From an uncultured Syntrophomonadaceae bacterium (lineage in GTDB: Bacteria > Bacillota > Dethiobacteria > DTU022), in assembly GCA_964390725.1 (NCBI GenBank), contig CAYMIW010000005.1:29709-93708 (forward strand): a DNA stretch of 64,000 bases. Reading direction: 5' to 3'. Below, piece after piece: positions 43,547 to 53,528 of this stretch. Made by a program: the position numbers and the translations under genes. The stretch's first letter is position 1, and each line of letters begins with the position of its first letter. The notes under the pieces are model-generated. The model was not told the origin of the DNA. It worked only from the letters and a program-made list of their open reading frames with translations, and made no database searches.

Positions 43547-43753
43547 TCATGATATTTTTATGGCCTGCCCAGGACAAGACTGGACACATTTGGCACAGTT
43601 TTTACATGGAGACGGGCTGAAGAAGGGATAAGAAAACTGCTCTTCCTGTCCGATTTTTTTAACCGGGCAGGCTGCAACAGCCAGGCATACTCCACCGCTG
43701 CATTGTTCCGGGTGGCATTTACTATAATCCAGGCTTAGAATAGCTGTAGTCAT
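43547..43753 (-). CDS. Small 4Fe-4S dicluster ferredoxin-like protein (68 aa; likely start at 43753)
   Basis: DYSKCHPEQC.GG.C.....CP and CKNCAKCVQSCP cysteine motifs. Confidence 0.8.
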   Translation of the reverse strand: MTTAILSLDYSKCHPEQCSGGVCLAVAACPVKKIGQEEQFSYPFFSPSPCKNCAKCVQSCPGQAIKIS

Positions 43754-43874
43754 AAAAAACTCCGTTTCAAACCTTGCAAGTATATATATTCTAGAGTATA
43801 ATACTACACTGTTGCATGGAAGGAAGTCAATTCCCAGCCACCAAAATAGTAACAATAATAAGTTATGCAAATAG

Positions 43875-43903
43875 TTGACATCATTTCAACCATATAGTAT
43901 TAT
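43875..43903 (+). promoter_or_regulatory. Sigma-A promoter for the lipoprotein-apbE unit
   Basis: TTGACA-N17-TATTAT. Confidence 0.65.
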
Positions 43904-44010
43904 GGATATACTATAAAATAGGTAGATTTAATCTCCTTACTTTCATTGTTTGTAGATTGTAGAAAGACGGGGAAGCAAAATCTGACTGTTATTTTTTTTG
44001 AGGAGGTAGT

Positions 44011-45111
44011 TTGATGAAAAAAGTATTATGGTTAACCCTGGTGCTTGTCTTAGCGCTGGTTATGATAGCCGGTTGCGGGGATACCCCAGCAGAAGAAGCA
44101 CCCATTGATGAAGCCCCGGATGAAACTCCGGATGACGAGGTTGTTGAAACAGGTACCTCAAGACTGGGTCTCGGTGTTGTGACATCGATTGCGAAGTCAC
44201 GCGATGCAGGCGATGATATTACTGCACAGGCTCAGACCGACGTGGTAATGGCTGCTGTGTTGTTTGATGGCGAAGGGCGTGTTGTTAGTGTTTCAATCGA
44301 TAATGCCCAGAACCGGGTGGCTTTTGATGAAGAAATGCAGCTTGCTACCGACATTAGTGTGCCCGGAACCACCAAGGTTGGTTTGGGCGATGATTACGGC
44401 ATGAAGCGGGTTTCCGAAATTGAAAAAGAATGGTACGAGCAAATGGCAGAATTTGAAGCCTGGATGCTGGGCCAGACTGTTGATGAAATCAAGAGCCTGC
44501 AGGTTAAGGTTGTTGACGATGCACATCAGAACGTTCCCGATGTTCCAGAACTGACTTCTGTCGTTACAATTACTGTTGAAGATTATATTGCTGCGGTTGA
44601 AAATGCTTATAACAATTCAATCGAAGTGGAAAATGCAGTTACTGCAGGGCTGGGAGCAGACATTTCGATAGCAAAATCCAGAGGACTTGATGAAGCAAAC
44701 GAGCTTATGCCCATGGCCCAGGTGGATAATACCATGGCCGCCGTTGCCTTTGATGCTGAGGGTGTAATTGTCGGTGCTTTAATTGACAATGCCCAGATCA
44801 GGGTTAACTTTGATGAAGAAGGCCAGGTAACTTCCGATCGCTCCGAAGCTCCGAAGACAAAAACCCAGCTTGGTGACGATTATGGCATGAAACGGGTTTC
44901 TGAAATTGAAAAAGAATGGTTCGAGCAGATTGCCTCCTTTAGCGAGTGGATGGTTGGCAAAACAGTAGACGAGGTGCTGGGCCTCCAGGTTAAGGTTGTT
45001 GATGATGCTCATCAGCATGTTCCAGATGTTCCTGAACTTACCTCGACCGTTACGATTACTGTAGAAAGCTATCAGGCTGCTGTTGCCACAGCTTATGAGA
45101 ATGCTAAATAA
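44011..45111 (+). CDS. Acidic lipoprotein with two tandem ~162-aa repeats; putative FMN-binding (flavinylated) protein
   Basis: Lipobox IAGC; duplicated K..LGDDYGMKRVSEIEKEW.EQ...F..WM.G.TVDE...VPELTS.VTITVE.Y; next to apbE. Confidence 0.7.
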   Translation: MMKKVLWLTLVLVLALVMIAGCGDTPAEEAPIDEAPDETPDDEVVETGTSRLGLGVVTSIAKSRDAGDDITAQAQTDVVMAAVLFDGEGRVVSVSIDNAQNRVAFDEEMQLATDISVPGTTKVGLGDDYGMKRVSEIEKEWYEQMAEFEAWMLGQTVDEIKSLQVKVVDDAHQNVPDVPELTSVVTITVEDYIAAVENAYNNSIEVENAVTAGLGADISIAKSRGLDEANELMPMAQVDNTMAAVAFDAEGVIVGALIDNAQIRVNFDEEGQVTSDRSEAPKTKTQLGDDYGMKRVSEIEKEWFEQIASFSEWMVGKTVDEVLGLQVKVVDDAHQHVPDVPELTSTVTITVESYQAAVATAYENAK

Positions 45112-45135
45112 GCTTAGCTGAATAAACAGAGCTTT

Positions 45136-45171
45136 TGAAACGCTCCTCCATTTACTGTGGGGAGCGTTTCA
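45136..45171 (+). terminator. Stem-loop between the lipoprotein gene and apbE (terminator or mRNA stabiliser)
   Basis: TGAAACGCTCC / GGAGCGTTTCA inverted repeat. Confidence 0.7.
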
Positions 45172-45211
45172 TATATTATTAATGTTGTGAAGCAGTGGGA
45201 AGGATAGGATA

Positions 45212-46294
45212 ATGAAGCTCAGGTTGTTTATTTCAGGATTTGTTATTTTTTTACTAACTGGTTGTTCTACCGAACAGGTAAATGAGAAGAACAGGTACAC
45301 CGGTTCATTTTTTGATACCTTCGATACCCTGGTCCAGGTTGTAGCTTATACGGATAACGAAGATGAATTCGATGGCTATATGACTATGATTCACGACCGC
45401 TTTGTGGAGTTGCATAAACTGTATAATATTTATCTAGACTACGAAGGGGTTAACAACATCAAAACCATCAATGACAACGCCGGGATAAAGCCGGTTGTTG
45501 TGGAGCAGGAAATCATAGATCTAATCATTTATTCCAGGGAAATGTATGAGCGAACCGGTTATACAACAAACATTGCCCTGGGACCAGTGCTGGAGATTTG
45601 GCGTTACTATCGTGAAGAAGCAGAATTTGATCCCGAAAGCGCAAGAATACCTCCCCTGGATGAGCTAAGAGAAGCAGCTGCTTTTACAGATCTTGACCAG
45701 GTTGTAGTTGATCCTGATGCCGGGACGGTTTACCTCCCGGACTCCCGGATGAGCCTTGATGTCGGGGCAGTTGCTAAAGGGTTTGCTACCGAAATTGTTG
45801 CTCGCGAACTGGAAGATGCCGGGTTGCAATCTGCTGTTTTAAGCCCCGGGGGTAATATTCGCACCATAGGCAGGCCGCTTGATGGTATACGCGAAAAGTG
45901 GGGGGTAGGCATCCAAAATCCGGAAGCCTCTGTTGTTGCAGAAGATGAAAGGTTACTTGATGTAATTTTTGTTCAGGATGCAGCAGTAGTCAGCAGCGGC
46001 GATTATCAACGTTATTATATAGTTGACGGCCAGGTAATGCATCATATAATAGATGTTAAAACATTGATGCCGGGCAGGTACTACCGGGCCTTGACTGTAG
46101 TATGTTCTGATGCTGCCCTGGCCGATTTTCTTTCAACGGCTCTGTTCCTGTTGCCTTTCGAAGAAAGCATAGCTATGGCAGAAAGCTTCGAAGGGGTTGA
46201 AGTTTACTGGGTATTTCATGATGGCCGTGTTGAAGTTACAGATGGGCTAAAAAGCATGCTGCGCAGCTATGGTGCGACTAATGAACTGCAATGA
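45212..46294 (+). CDS. apbE: FAD:protein FMN transferase (flavin transferase) lipoprotein
   Basis: Lipobox LTGC; LDVGAVAKG, GGN, SGDYQRY, HHIID and AD.LSTALF motifs. Confidence 0.93.
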   Translation: MKLRLFISGFVIFLLTGCSTEQVNEKNRYTGSFFDTFDTLVQVVAYTDNEDEFDGYMTMIHDRFVELHKLYNIYLDYEGVNNIKTINDNAGIKPVVVEQEIIDLIIYSREMYERTGYTTNIALGPVLEIWRYYREEAEFDPESARIPPLDELREAAAFTDLDQVVVDPDAGTVYLPDSRMSLDVGAVAKGFATEIVARELEDAGLQSAVLSPGGNIRTIGRPLDGIREKWGVGIQNPEASVVAEDERLLDVIFVQDAAVVSSGDYQRYYIVDGQVMHHIIDVKTLMPGRYYRALTVVCSDAALADFLSTALFLLPFEESIAMAESFEGVEVYWVFHDGRVEVTDGLKSMLRSYGATNELQ

Positions 46295-46327
46295 AATTGC
46301 CGCCTTAAAAAAGGCGGCAACTTCATT
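46291..46327 (+). terminator. Terminator after apbE
   Basis: TTGCCGCCTT / AAGGCGGCAA stem overlapping the stop codon region. Confidence 0.7.
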
Positions 46328-46738
46328 AATTGAGAAAAATGTATAACAAACCTGGTGTTTTCAGCCATCATAACAGCTTAAATTATTTGCTAACTTGAGG
46401 ATATAAAAAGTGTTATATTTATTAATTGTTCTTTAACAGGCCCTGTTTTTATCATTCAGCTGTGGATTAATTGTTGAGACTGTAGTAGAAATTAATCATT
46501 GAGTTTTGCAAGCGAAAAACTATCAAATAAACCTGTTTTTCAAAGAATAGCTTAATAACAGCATGCTAATTATAGCTTAGCAGTTTGTATCACAATTTCA
46601 CAAGCATATTTAACCTTTGCCTAACTACTACTAATCATATAATATATAATATGTATTTAAACAGCTTAAATATTCTGGTTTGCAACTATTTCCGGCAATC
46701 ACCGGTTGCACTACATAAATTAAGATGAGAAGGGATGG

Positions 46739-46903
46739 ATGGTTATTTTCGGTATAAAATTGCTTCCACTGATTATAGTAATAATTGGTTTCACTGTATT
46801 TCCCCTGCTTGGTGTTTTACTATATCACACTAATGGTTTAATTGGCGGATTTGCCATCGGTTTGGTTATTGCGCTGGTTGTCAGCATGTTTAAAAAAAAT
46901 TGA
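46739..46903 (+). CDS. Small two-helix membrane protein (54 aa), below the ORF-track cutoff
   Basis: MVIFGIKLLPLIIVIIGFTVFPLLGVLLYHTNGLIGGFAIGLVIALVVSMFKKN*; purine-rich GAGAAGGGA RBS upstream. Confidence 0.6.
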   Translation: MVIFGIKLLPLIIVIIGFTVFPLLGVLLYHTNGLIGGFAIGLVIALVVSMFKKN

Positions 46904-47047
46904 TTCCACCCCATATCAGGCAGCAGTTGAATATTAAATTAAAAACAAAGATCGTCCATGGCAGCAGTTTACTGCCGCTTAGTAAAAGTGTACAGCAAGT
47001 CTAAGGCTTTGATCGATGAAGTGACGGCAAATTGGTTAGTTGTACAA

Positions 47048-47554
47048 TTACCGGGTAGCGCCGGGCGGCCTAATGCCGGACAAAAGGCTGCTCCACTCTG
47101 CGGTTTTCCACTTTCTCTCCTGGTCAATTTTAACTGATATAGGACGGGGTGAATCTGCTCCCGATGATTTTATAAAAAGTTTAATAAAGCCATCGTCGGC
47201 CCTACCACTGTGTGGATTAGTAGTAAACTCGAGAGTGTAAGGAGCGGTGACAAGGGTATAGCCTTTCTCGGGTGAAGTGTTTTTAAAGTAGGATTGCATA
47301 TGGTATTTTTTATCTTTGATCTGATTTTTGATCAAATTCAGTGAGCGCTGGCTTAATTTGTTTCCGCCAGTCAGCTGGTCCGGATGCACTGCCAGGCCCA
47401 GGGCGGTTTCGCCATCCTGGCTATTCTCAGTATAAAGCAGCAGTGCAAGGATCATAACCGCTGCCGCTCCTTCCGGTGCATTGGGAAACTCTGAACATAT
47501 TTGTTCAAAACTTGCCAGATCTTTGGGGATATGCCTTAGTACAATACTGCACAT
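47048..47554 (-). CDS. Conserved hypothetical protein (DUF6935-like)
   Basis: SYF....PE.GY, SSGADSPRPI and WK..EWSSL motifs; GGAGG RBS. Confidence 0.65.
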   Translation of the reverse strand: MCSIVLRHIPKDLASFEQICSEFPNAPEGAAAVMILALLLYTENSQDGETALGLAVHPDQLTGGNKLSQRSLNLIKNQIKDKKYHMQSYFKNTSPEKGYTLVTAPYTLEFTTNPHSGRADDGFIKLFIKSSGADSPRPISVKIDQERKWKTAEWSSLLSGIRPPGATR

Positions 47555-47798
47555 TTCTTTCTTACCTCCCGCTCAACTTTGAATAATTATTCCGAGATTT
47601 ATTGTAACACAGTTAAAGTATTTTTAGTAAAAATGCATAGTAGTAATACGCTAAATTAGGTTTATTGCAATGATTATTCCTGATGAAATACAGTAATAAA
47701 AACAATGGTGACGGGATATTGCTGCTTGTTGACGATTGTGGCTGAAAATTGTTATAATTAAAAACGAGAACAAAATAATTGCTTCTGCGGGAGAAAAA

Positions 47799-48641
47799 AT
47801 GACAAAACTAACGCTGGAAAATATTGTGACTCAAGTTGACGAGCTCCCTGCACTTCCCCAGATTGTTACCAGGGTTATGGAGCTCACTGAAGACCCTGAT
47901 TCTACTGCTTTTGATATACAGGCAGTGCTCAACCAGGATCAGGCGATGACTGCCCAGGTTTTACGCTTGGCGAACTCAGTTTACTACGGCTATTCAAGGC
48001 GCATAGCTACTGTTACAGATGCTATAATTCTGATTGGCTTTAATGCGGTCCGCAGTATTGTTCTTGCTGCATCAGTCAGTAAAATATTAAAAAAGGAGCT
48101 TAAGGGTTATGCTATGGATGAGGGTGAACTGTGGAAGCATTCACAGTGTTCAGCAGTATTTGCTCGAATTCTGGCAAAAAAAATTCGATTCAGGTCAGTT
48201 GAGCTTGCTTATACAGCCGCCCTGTTGCATGATATTGGAAAGCTGATATTAAACAGTTTTATGTGCGATATGTACCAACAGGTTATAGATATAGTTGCAG
48301 AAGAGAAAATTCCTTTTAATGAAGTTGAAGATAATATCTTTGGGTATAATCATGCAATTCTTGGTGGTAAAGTAGCTGAAAAGTGGAAGCTGCCCGTAGA
48401 TCTTACAGAAGCGATAACCTGCCACCACGAGCCTGGTAAAGCAGAGATAAACCCGCAGCTTACGGCAATTGTACATGTTGCTGACGCAGCTACAATGCAG
48501 ATGGGACTGGGGCTCGGTATTGACGGATTACTTTACCCGCTAGACCAGGAAGCAATGAACCTGCTGGAAATAAATGATTCAGATCTTGAAGAGATAATGG
48601 CAGAGTTAGTTGATATTTTAATTGACAGCGACACCTTTTAA
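47799..48641 (+). CDS. HDOD domain protein (likely start at 47799)
   Basis: LPALP, D..MTA.VLRLANS.YYG, LWKHS, LLHDIGK and W.LP..L..AI..HH. Confidence 0.9.
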   Translation: MTKLTLENIVTQVDELPALPQIVTRVMELTEDPDSTAFDIQAVLNQDQAMTAQVLRLANSVYYGYSRRIATVTDAIILIGFNAVRSIVLAASVSKILKKELKGYAMDEGELWKHSQCSAVFARILAKKIRFRSVELAYTAALLHDIGKLILNSFMCDMYQQVIDIVAEEKIPFNEVEDNIFGYNHAILGGKVAEKWKLPVDLTEAITCHHEPGKAEINPQLTAIVHVADAATMQMGLGLGIDGLLYPLDQEAMNLLEINDSDLEEIMAELVDILIDSDTF

Positions 48642-48746
48642 GGATAGCAGCTAAAACGGGTTTGCTCCTCTATTGGGGTGGGCCTTTTTTTAAACCAAAA
48701 ACCCCTCGATCATTTTATTAATTTTCCCTTGCGGAGGAATATTGAT

Positions 48747-49307
48747 TTGAAGCTAACTACCCGTCTTTTTCTTTATTTTGAAGAAATAGTAAATGCCGGG
48801 CTTTTAGTTGTTACCGTAGTTGTGTTTCTGCTTTTTACTGTTTTTATACTTCCATATATGTCCGAACGCCTAGCTGAAATGACAGGTGTAACAATATCAC
48901 CGGATACTTCTTTTTTATATTCTGCAGGAGATTTATATGCAATGGCCGAGTCATACGGCGATACGGGACGGGCTTACTACATAATGCAGAAATATACTTT
49001 TGATATACTCTGGCCGGTTGTTTATCTTTTATTTTTTTTGGTCGTGTTAACTTATATCTTCCGGTATACAGGTATGAGTCGCTTTGCTCATACTGTTAAA
49101 TTACTGCCTGTTTATGCTTTTTTATTTGATCTTCTTGAAAATTTAGCTGCCGCTGTTGTGATGTACAGGTACCCCCGGCCTACTGCTGTTTTGGCACATG
49201 TAACTTCCCTGTTTTCCATCGCAAAATGGCTGTTGATTGTGTTGAGTGTTGCAGTAGTAGCAGCAGGTTTAGTCCTATGTTTAAAAAAAAGGATCGGCAG
49301 AGCATGA
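48747..49307 (+). CDS. Hypothetical integral membrane protein (likely TTG start at 48747)
   Basis: GGAGG RBS; four hydrophobic segments; PD..F.YS...YG..GR..Y and FDLLEN motifs. Confidence 0.7.
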   Translation: MKLTTRLFLYFEEIVNAGLLVVTVVVFLLFTVFILPYMSERLAEMTGVTISPDTSFLYSAGDLYAMAESYGDTGRAYYIMQKYTFDILWPVVYLLFFLVVLTYIFRYTGMSRFAHTVKLLPVYAFLFDLLENLAAAVVMYRYPRPTAVLAHVTSLFSIAKWLLIVLSVAVVAAGLVLCLKKRIGRA

Positions 49308-49462
49308 CAAGATAGCCCTCTGCCGATTTTAAATAACTATAATAAACAGGATTAATAGAAAACCGCTTCCGATAATTAACCATGCGGTTTATATGCTCAC
49401 CGGGTGTGGTAAAGGTTTTTTGCCGGGAGAACAGGCAATTATTTAAAGAGCGGAGGTAGATC

Positions 49463-51211
49463 ATGAGTTTACAGAAAACAAACATTTCAAAAGAAACACT
49501 AACTGGTCGGCTGGCAGTTTGCAACGGTGAAAAACCGGCGCAATTGTTGATAGTAAATGCCCGCCTGGTTGATTTATTCAACAAGAAAGTAACCTTGACA
49601 AACCTGGCCATTGAAGAAGGTTATGTTGCCGCTATCGGAGATTGCTACAAAGAAGGAGAAGAGGTTATTGATATAAACGGTTGTTACTTAACCCCCGGTT
49701 TAATTGATGCTCACCTGCACATAGAAAGCACCCTCCTTTTTCCACCAGAGCTGGCCGGGGTTATAGCTGCTCGCGGTACTACAACAGTTATCAATGATCC
49801 ACACGAGATAGCCAATGTGTTAGGAATTGAAGGGGTCAAAATGATGATCGAGGCTGCCGATGATCTTCCCTGTGATTTTTTTATGACTGTACCTTCGTGT
49901 GTTCCGGCAACAGAAATGGAAAGCTCCGGGGGAGAAATTAATGTTAATCAGATCAGGGAATTGATTGGACATCCTCGCGTAGTCGGGCTTGGGGAAATGA
50001 TGAATTACCCGGGGGTTATTAACGCAGACCAGGTTGTGCTGGCTAAAATAGCTGCCGCCCTGGAAGCGGGGAAAATAGTTGATGGTCATGCCCCTGGCTT
50101 AAGGGGAAAGGAACTTCAGGCATATCTTTCTGCCGGCATCAGCACCGATCATGAATGTGTAAACAGGGAAGAGGCAGCGGAAAAAATCAGGAATGGTATG
50201 AGAGTAATAATACGTCACGGTTCGGCATCTTCAAGCCTTAAAGAGATACTGCCCCTTGTTAATGATAATAATGTTGAATTTTTCATGTTCGGCAGTGATG
50301 ATCGCGAAGCTGCTGAATTAATTGCAAAAGGTCACCTCGACGATTTATTGCATACAGCTGTTTCAATGGGTTTAGATCCCTGCCTGGCTTTAAAAATGGC
50401 CACATTTAACCCTGCCCGTCATTACCGGTTGTTCGATCGGGGTTTGTTAGCCCCGGGATACAGGGCTGACCTGGTTGCATTTAAAGATCTAAAAAACTTT
50501 AATGTGGATATGGTTATAAAAGATGGGAAGCTAGTTGCCAGCAAGGGCAGGTTGGTTAGTCCGGTTAAGCGCGGTATACTGCCGGAACATGCCCTGCAAA
50601 CAGTAAAAACAGGGAAAATATATAATGCAAATGATTTTCGCATCAAGGCCGATTTAGCTAAAAAACAGGTTATAGGCTTAATTCCAGGTCAGTTATTAAC
50701 GGAAAAAATGCAAATTGATATTCCCCTGGACAGTAATGGGGAAGTAACAGGAATTACTGCTTTAGGCGTGAATAGAATTGCTGTAATAGAGAGACACCGG
50801 GCCAGCGGCAGTTATGGTCTTGCTCTTGTCAAGGGTATGAATATTAAGGAGGGAGCCCTGGCTTCAACTGTTGCCCATGATTCACATAATATTATAGTTG
50901 CCGGTGCAGATGAGGAAGCCATGGCAGTTGCTGTGAACCGCTTAACGGAAACAGGGGGTGGTTTTATTGTGGTAGATGGCAGCAATAGGGTAAAGGCCCA
51001 GCTGCCCCTGCAGATTGGTGGACTTATGTCGGTTAAGACCGCGGGGGAGGTTGCAACGGAAATGGAATTATTGTTAAAAGAGGCCGCATTACTGGGTACT
51101 GACCTGCCCCAACCTTTTCTAACTTTATCCTTTTTAGCTCTTCCGGTTATCCCTTCATTGAAAATAACTGATCGCGGGCTTTTTGATGTGGATAATTTCT
51201 GTATTTTGTAA
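49463..51211 (+). CDS. ade: Adenine deaminase
   Basis: DAHLHIES, DPHEIANV, EMMNYPG, DGHAP, TDHE, STVAHDSHN and LSFLALPVIP. Confidence 0.95.
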   Translation: MSLQKTNISKETLTGRLAVCNGEKPAQLLIVNARLVDLFNKKVTLTNLAIEEGYVAAIGDCYKEGEEVIDINGCYLTPGLIDAHLHIESTLLFPPELAGVIAARGTTTVINDPHEIANVLGIEGVKMMIEAADDLPCDFFMTVPSCVPATEMESSGGEINVNQIRELIGHPRVVGLGEMMNYPGVINADQVVLAKIAAALEAGKIVDGHAPGLRGKELQAYLSAGISTDHECVNREEAAEKIRNGMRVIIRHGSASSSLKEILPLVNDNNVEFFMFGSDDREAAELIAKGHLDDLLHTAVSMGLDPCLALKMATFNPARHYRLFDRGLLAPGYRADLVAFKDLKNFNVDMVIKDGKLVASKGRLVSPVKRGILPEHALQTVKTGKIYNANDFRIKADLAKKQVIGLIPGQLLTEKMQIDIPLDSNGEVTGITALGVNRIAVIERHRASGSYGLALVKGMNIKEGALASTVAHDSHNIIVAGADEEAMAVAVNRLTETGGGFIVVDGSNRVKAQLPLQIGGLMSVKTAGEVATEMELLLKEAALLGTDLPQPFLTLSFLALPVIPSLKITDRGLFDVDNFCIL

Positions 51212-51293
51212 GATCAGATCATTTTAAGCCCGGCATGGATTAAACATTATTTTTATGATAAGATAAGCCAACTAAACTGAAGGAGGGAAATAT

Positions 51294-51854
51294 TTGGCGA
51301 TATACTTGACAATACCCAATTTGTTATCAGCCTCAAGAATTGTTTTTTTACCACTCCTGTTTATATTGCTGTACAACGGATATTATTACCCGTTTCTGGT
51401 TGGTTATATATTGTTGGGATCTACAGATTTTTTTGATGGTCTCATTGCCCGCAGATTTAAAATGGTGTCACATTTTGGGAAGGAACTGGATTCTCTTGCC
51501 GATCTGTTTTTTTATATAGCATCTGCATTTTTCCTCTATCGGTTGCAGCCTGAAGCTGTTGCGGCAAATAGTATTTACCTGACCATATTCTTTATTCTTC
51601 TTGGTTTATCGTTTATTCTTTCAGCTATATTATTTCGGCGTCCTGTAATGATGCACACGGTTATCTTGCGTTTTAATGCTGTTATGGTGTTTTTTGTAAT
51701 AATATCATCATTCTTTTTTGATGTAACCTGGTTTGTCAGGTTGGTTGTATCATTATACATACTTGGTTTTCTTGAAGAAATCGCTATATTTTTGATATTT
51801 GGCGATGTTGACCCCGACAGCAAATCAATTATTCACTTAATCAGAAAAGTATAA
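51294..51854 (+). CDS. CDP-alcohol phosphatidyltransferase family protein
   Basis: TIPNLLS..R and the signature TDFFDGLIARR...S.FG..LDSLAD. Confidence 0.88.
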   Translation: MAIYLTIPNLLSASRIVFLPLLFILLYNGYYYPFLVGYILLGSTDFFDGLIARRFKMVSHFGKELDSLADLFFYIASAFFLYRLQPEAVAANSIYLTIFFILLGLSFILSAILFRRPVMMHTVILRFNAVMVFFVIISSFFFDVTWFVRLVVSLYILGFLEEIAIFLIFGDVDPDSKSIIHLIRKV

Positions 51855-51870
51855 TAAGCAATGGGTTATT

Positions 51871-53325
51871 TTAAAAGGGACCATAGCCGATTGCTACCGC
51901 GATCAGCAGAAAAGCTGACGTAACGGTAAGGACCAGTAGCTGCAGGCCGATGACCCAGCGGAACCATTTGATGTAGCTGATTCCGGCCAGTCCAAGGGCG
52001 ATAAGCAGAACGGCATTGGTTGGATACAAAACATTGCTGAAACCATCGCCAAAAGCAAACGCCAGAACGGCGGTCTGCCTTGTTACGCCAACAAGGTCTA
52101 CCAGCGGAGCGATAATAGGAATAACCAGGAAAGCTTTTGCTGATGCTGACCCAATGAAAAAATTAAGAAGCAGAACCAGGGCATAAACAAGAAGAGCTGC
52201 AATAAATGGTGAAGCGCCACCAATGGCCCGCGCAGCGTAATCGAGGATGGTATCCATTACCCGGGCATTGGTCATAATATGTTTTACACTGACGGCCATT
52301 AATATTAAAATGATGGCCGGGGATATGGCGCTAACACTGTTGGCAAAGATTTTCAGAGTTTTTCCAGGGGTTATCCCGGCAAGTAGTGCGGAACCTAGTC
52401 CTCCCATTAGAAAGAGCAACCCGACAAGTGGCAGGGTAATGGTTGAAATAGCGCTGACAAACGAAGCGCTGATGCTTACAGCAACGATTAGTGCCAGTGA
52501 AATGATGAATAAGGTCACAGATTTTTTTAGACGCGGATCAGCCTGGGTTTCCAGTTCCTCACGGGTAAGGGTGAACTTTGCCCGCAGATTTTCGTCTTCT
52601 CTGAAAGTCGGTGAAAGAGAAGGATCTTTTTCAATCTTTCTGGCATAACGCACTAAAAAGAATGTGAGCATAAAATAGATGACCAGAAAAACACCAGCTC
52701 TTAAACCCATCCCTGAAAAAACCGGCAGCCCGGATAATCTTTGTGCTATTCCAATAGTAAAGGGGTTAGCCAGCGCAGCTGAGAACCCAAAGGCAATAGC
52801 CAGTATGCTCATTCCCAGACCGGTCATAACGTCCCAGCCCAACAGGTAAGCCAGGGCAATCATCACCGGGACCAAAATTACTACTTCTTCAAATATTCCA
52901 GGCAAAGCGCCAAAAAGCATAAAACAAAGAATAATGATGGCGAGAAGCAAATATTTGCGGTTTCCCATTCTTAGTACAACCCGGGCAATAACAGCCTTGA
53001 GAACCCCAGCCTGGTCAAGTAGAGCAAACGACCCACCGATAAAAAGCACTATCAATATGATTGTAATAATAGTTGGAGCATCAGGGCCCCAGAGGACTTC
53101 AACAGGAGCAGTTAACCAGCGCCAGAAGGGATAATCGGGGGTGTCAACGAAGCTGAAAGAACCCGGGGTGATTATTTCACGCCCGTCAATTTCCGTTCTT
53201 TCATAACTGCCGCTTGGAATAGCCGTGCTAAGCAACCCGGCCGAGATTATTAAGATGAGAAGAATGATAAAGGATTGAATGAATGCTTTTTTGCTGATTC
53301 TGAGTACGGACTGGCCTTTATTCAT
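51871..53325 (-). CDS. YfcC family (ion transporter superfamily) membrane transporter
   Basis: IPSGSY.R, NPFTIGIAQ..SGLP.FSG, YA.KIEKDP and FGDGFSN..YPTN. Confidence 0.85.
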   Translation of the reverse strand: MNKGQSVLRISKKAFIQSFIILLILIISAGLLSTAIPSGSYERTEIDGREIITPGSFSFVDTPDYPFWRWLTAPVEVLWGPDAPTIITIILIVLFIGGSFALLDQAGVLKAVIARVVLRMGNRKYLLLAIIILCFMLFGALPGIFEEVVILVPVMIALAYLLGWDVMTGLGMSILAIAFGFSAALANPFTIGIAQRLSGLPVFSGMGLRAGVFLVIYFMLTFFLVRYARKIEKDPSLSPTFREDENLRAKFTLTREELETQADPRLKKSVTLFIISLALIVAVSISASFVSAISTITLPLVGLLFLMGGLGSALLAGITPGKTLKIFANSVSAISPAIILILMAVSVKHIMTNARVMDTILDYAARAIGGASPFIAALLVYALVLLLNFFIGSASAKAFLVIPIIAPLVDLVGVTRQTAVLAFAFGDGFSNVLYPTNAVLLIALGLAGISYIKWFRWVIGLQLLVLTVTSAFLLIAVAIGYGPF

Positions 53326-53528
53326 CCACTGCCCCCCCCTGGTAGTTGTGTAAACCGGGCTTGATCCTTCTAACAGGACCGTATACAGCCCGGCCCCGGA
53401 CGCTTATTCCCTGGACCATAAAGCCCGCTGCTAAGGTTTATTTCAACATTACTGAATAATATCCTGTCAGGTTCCGTGAATGCTGTCTAAAAAAGTTGTC
53501 TAAGTATACTTCCCACCCATTTATAATA

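Noticed and set aside
49308-49462. Purine riboswitch upstream of adenine deaminase
   Set aside because: The conserved core (UAUAA...AUAUGG...GUUUCUAC...CCGUAAA) is not present.
53340-53400. Twister ribozyme (CGGUCC...AAGCCCGG resemblance on the minus strand)
   Set aside because: The spacing has a long insertion and the other conserved twister elements could not be placed; kept only as a generic structured leader.
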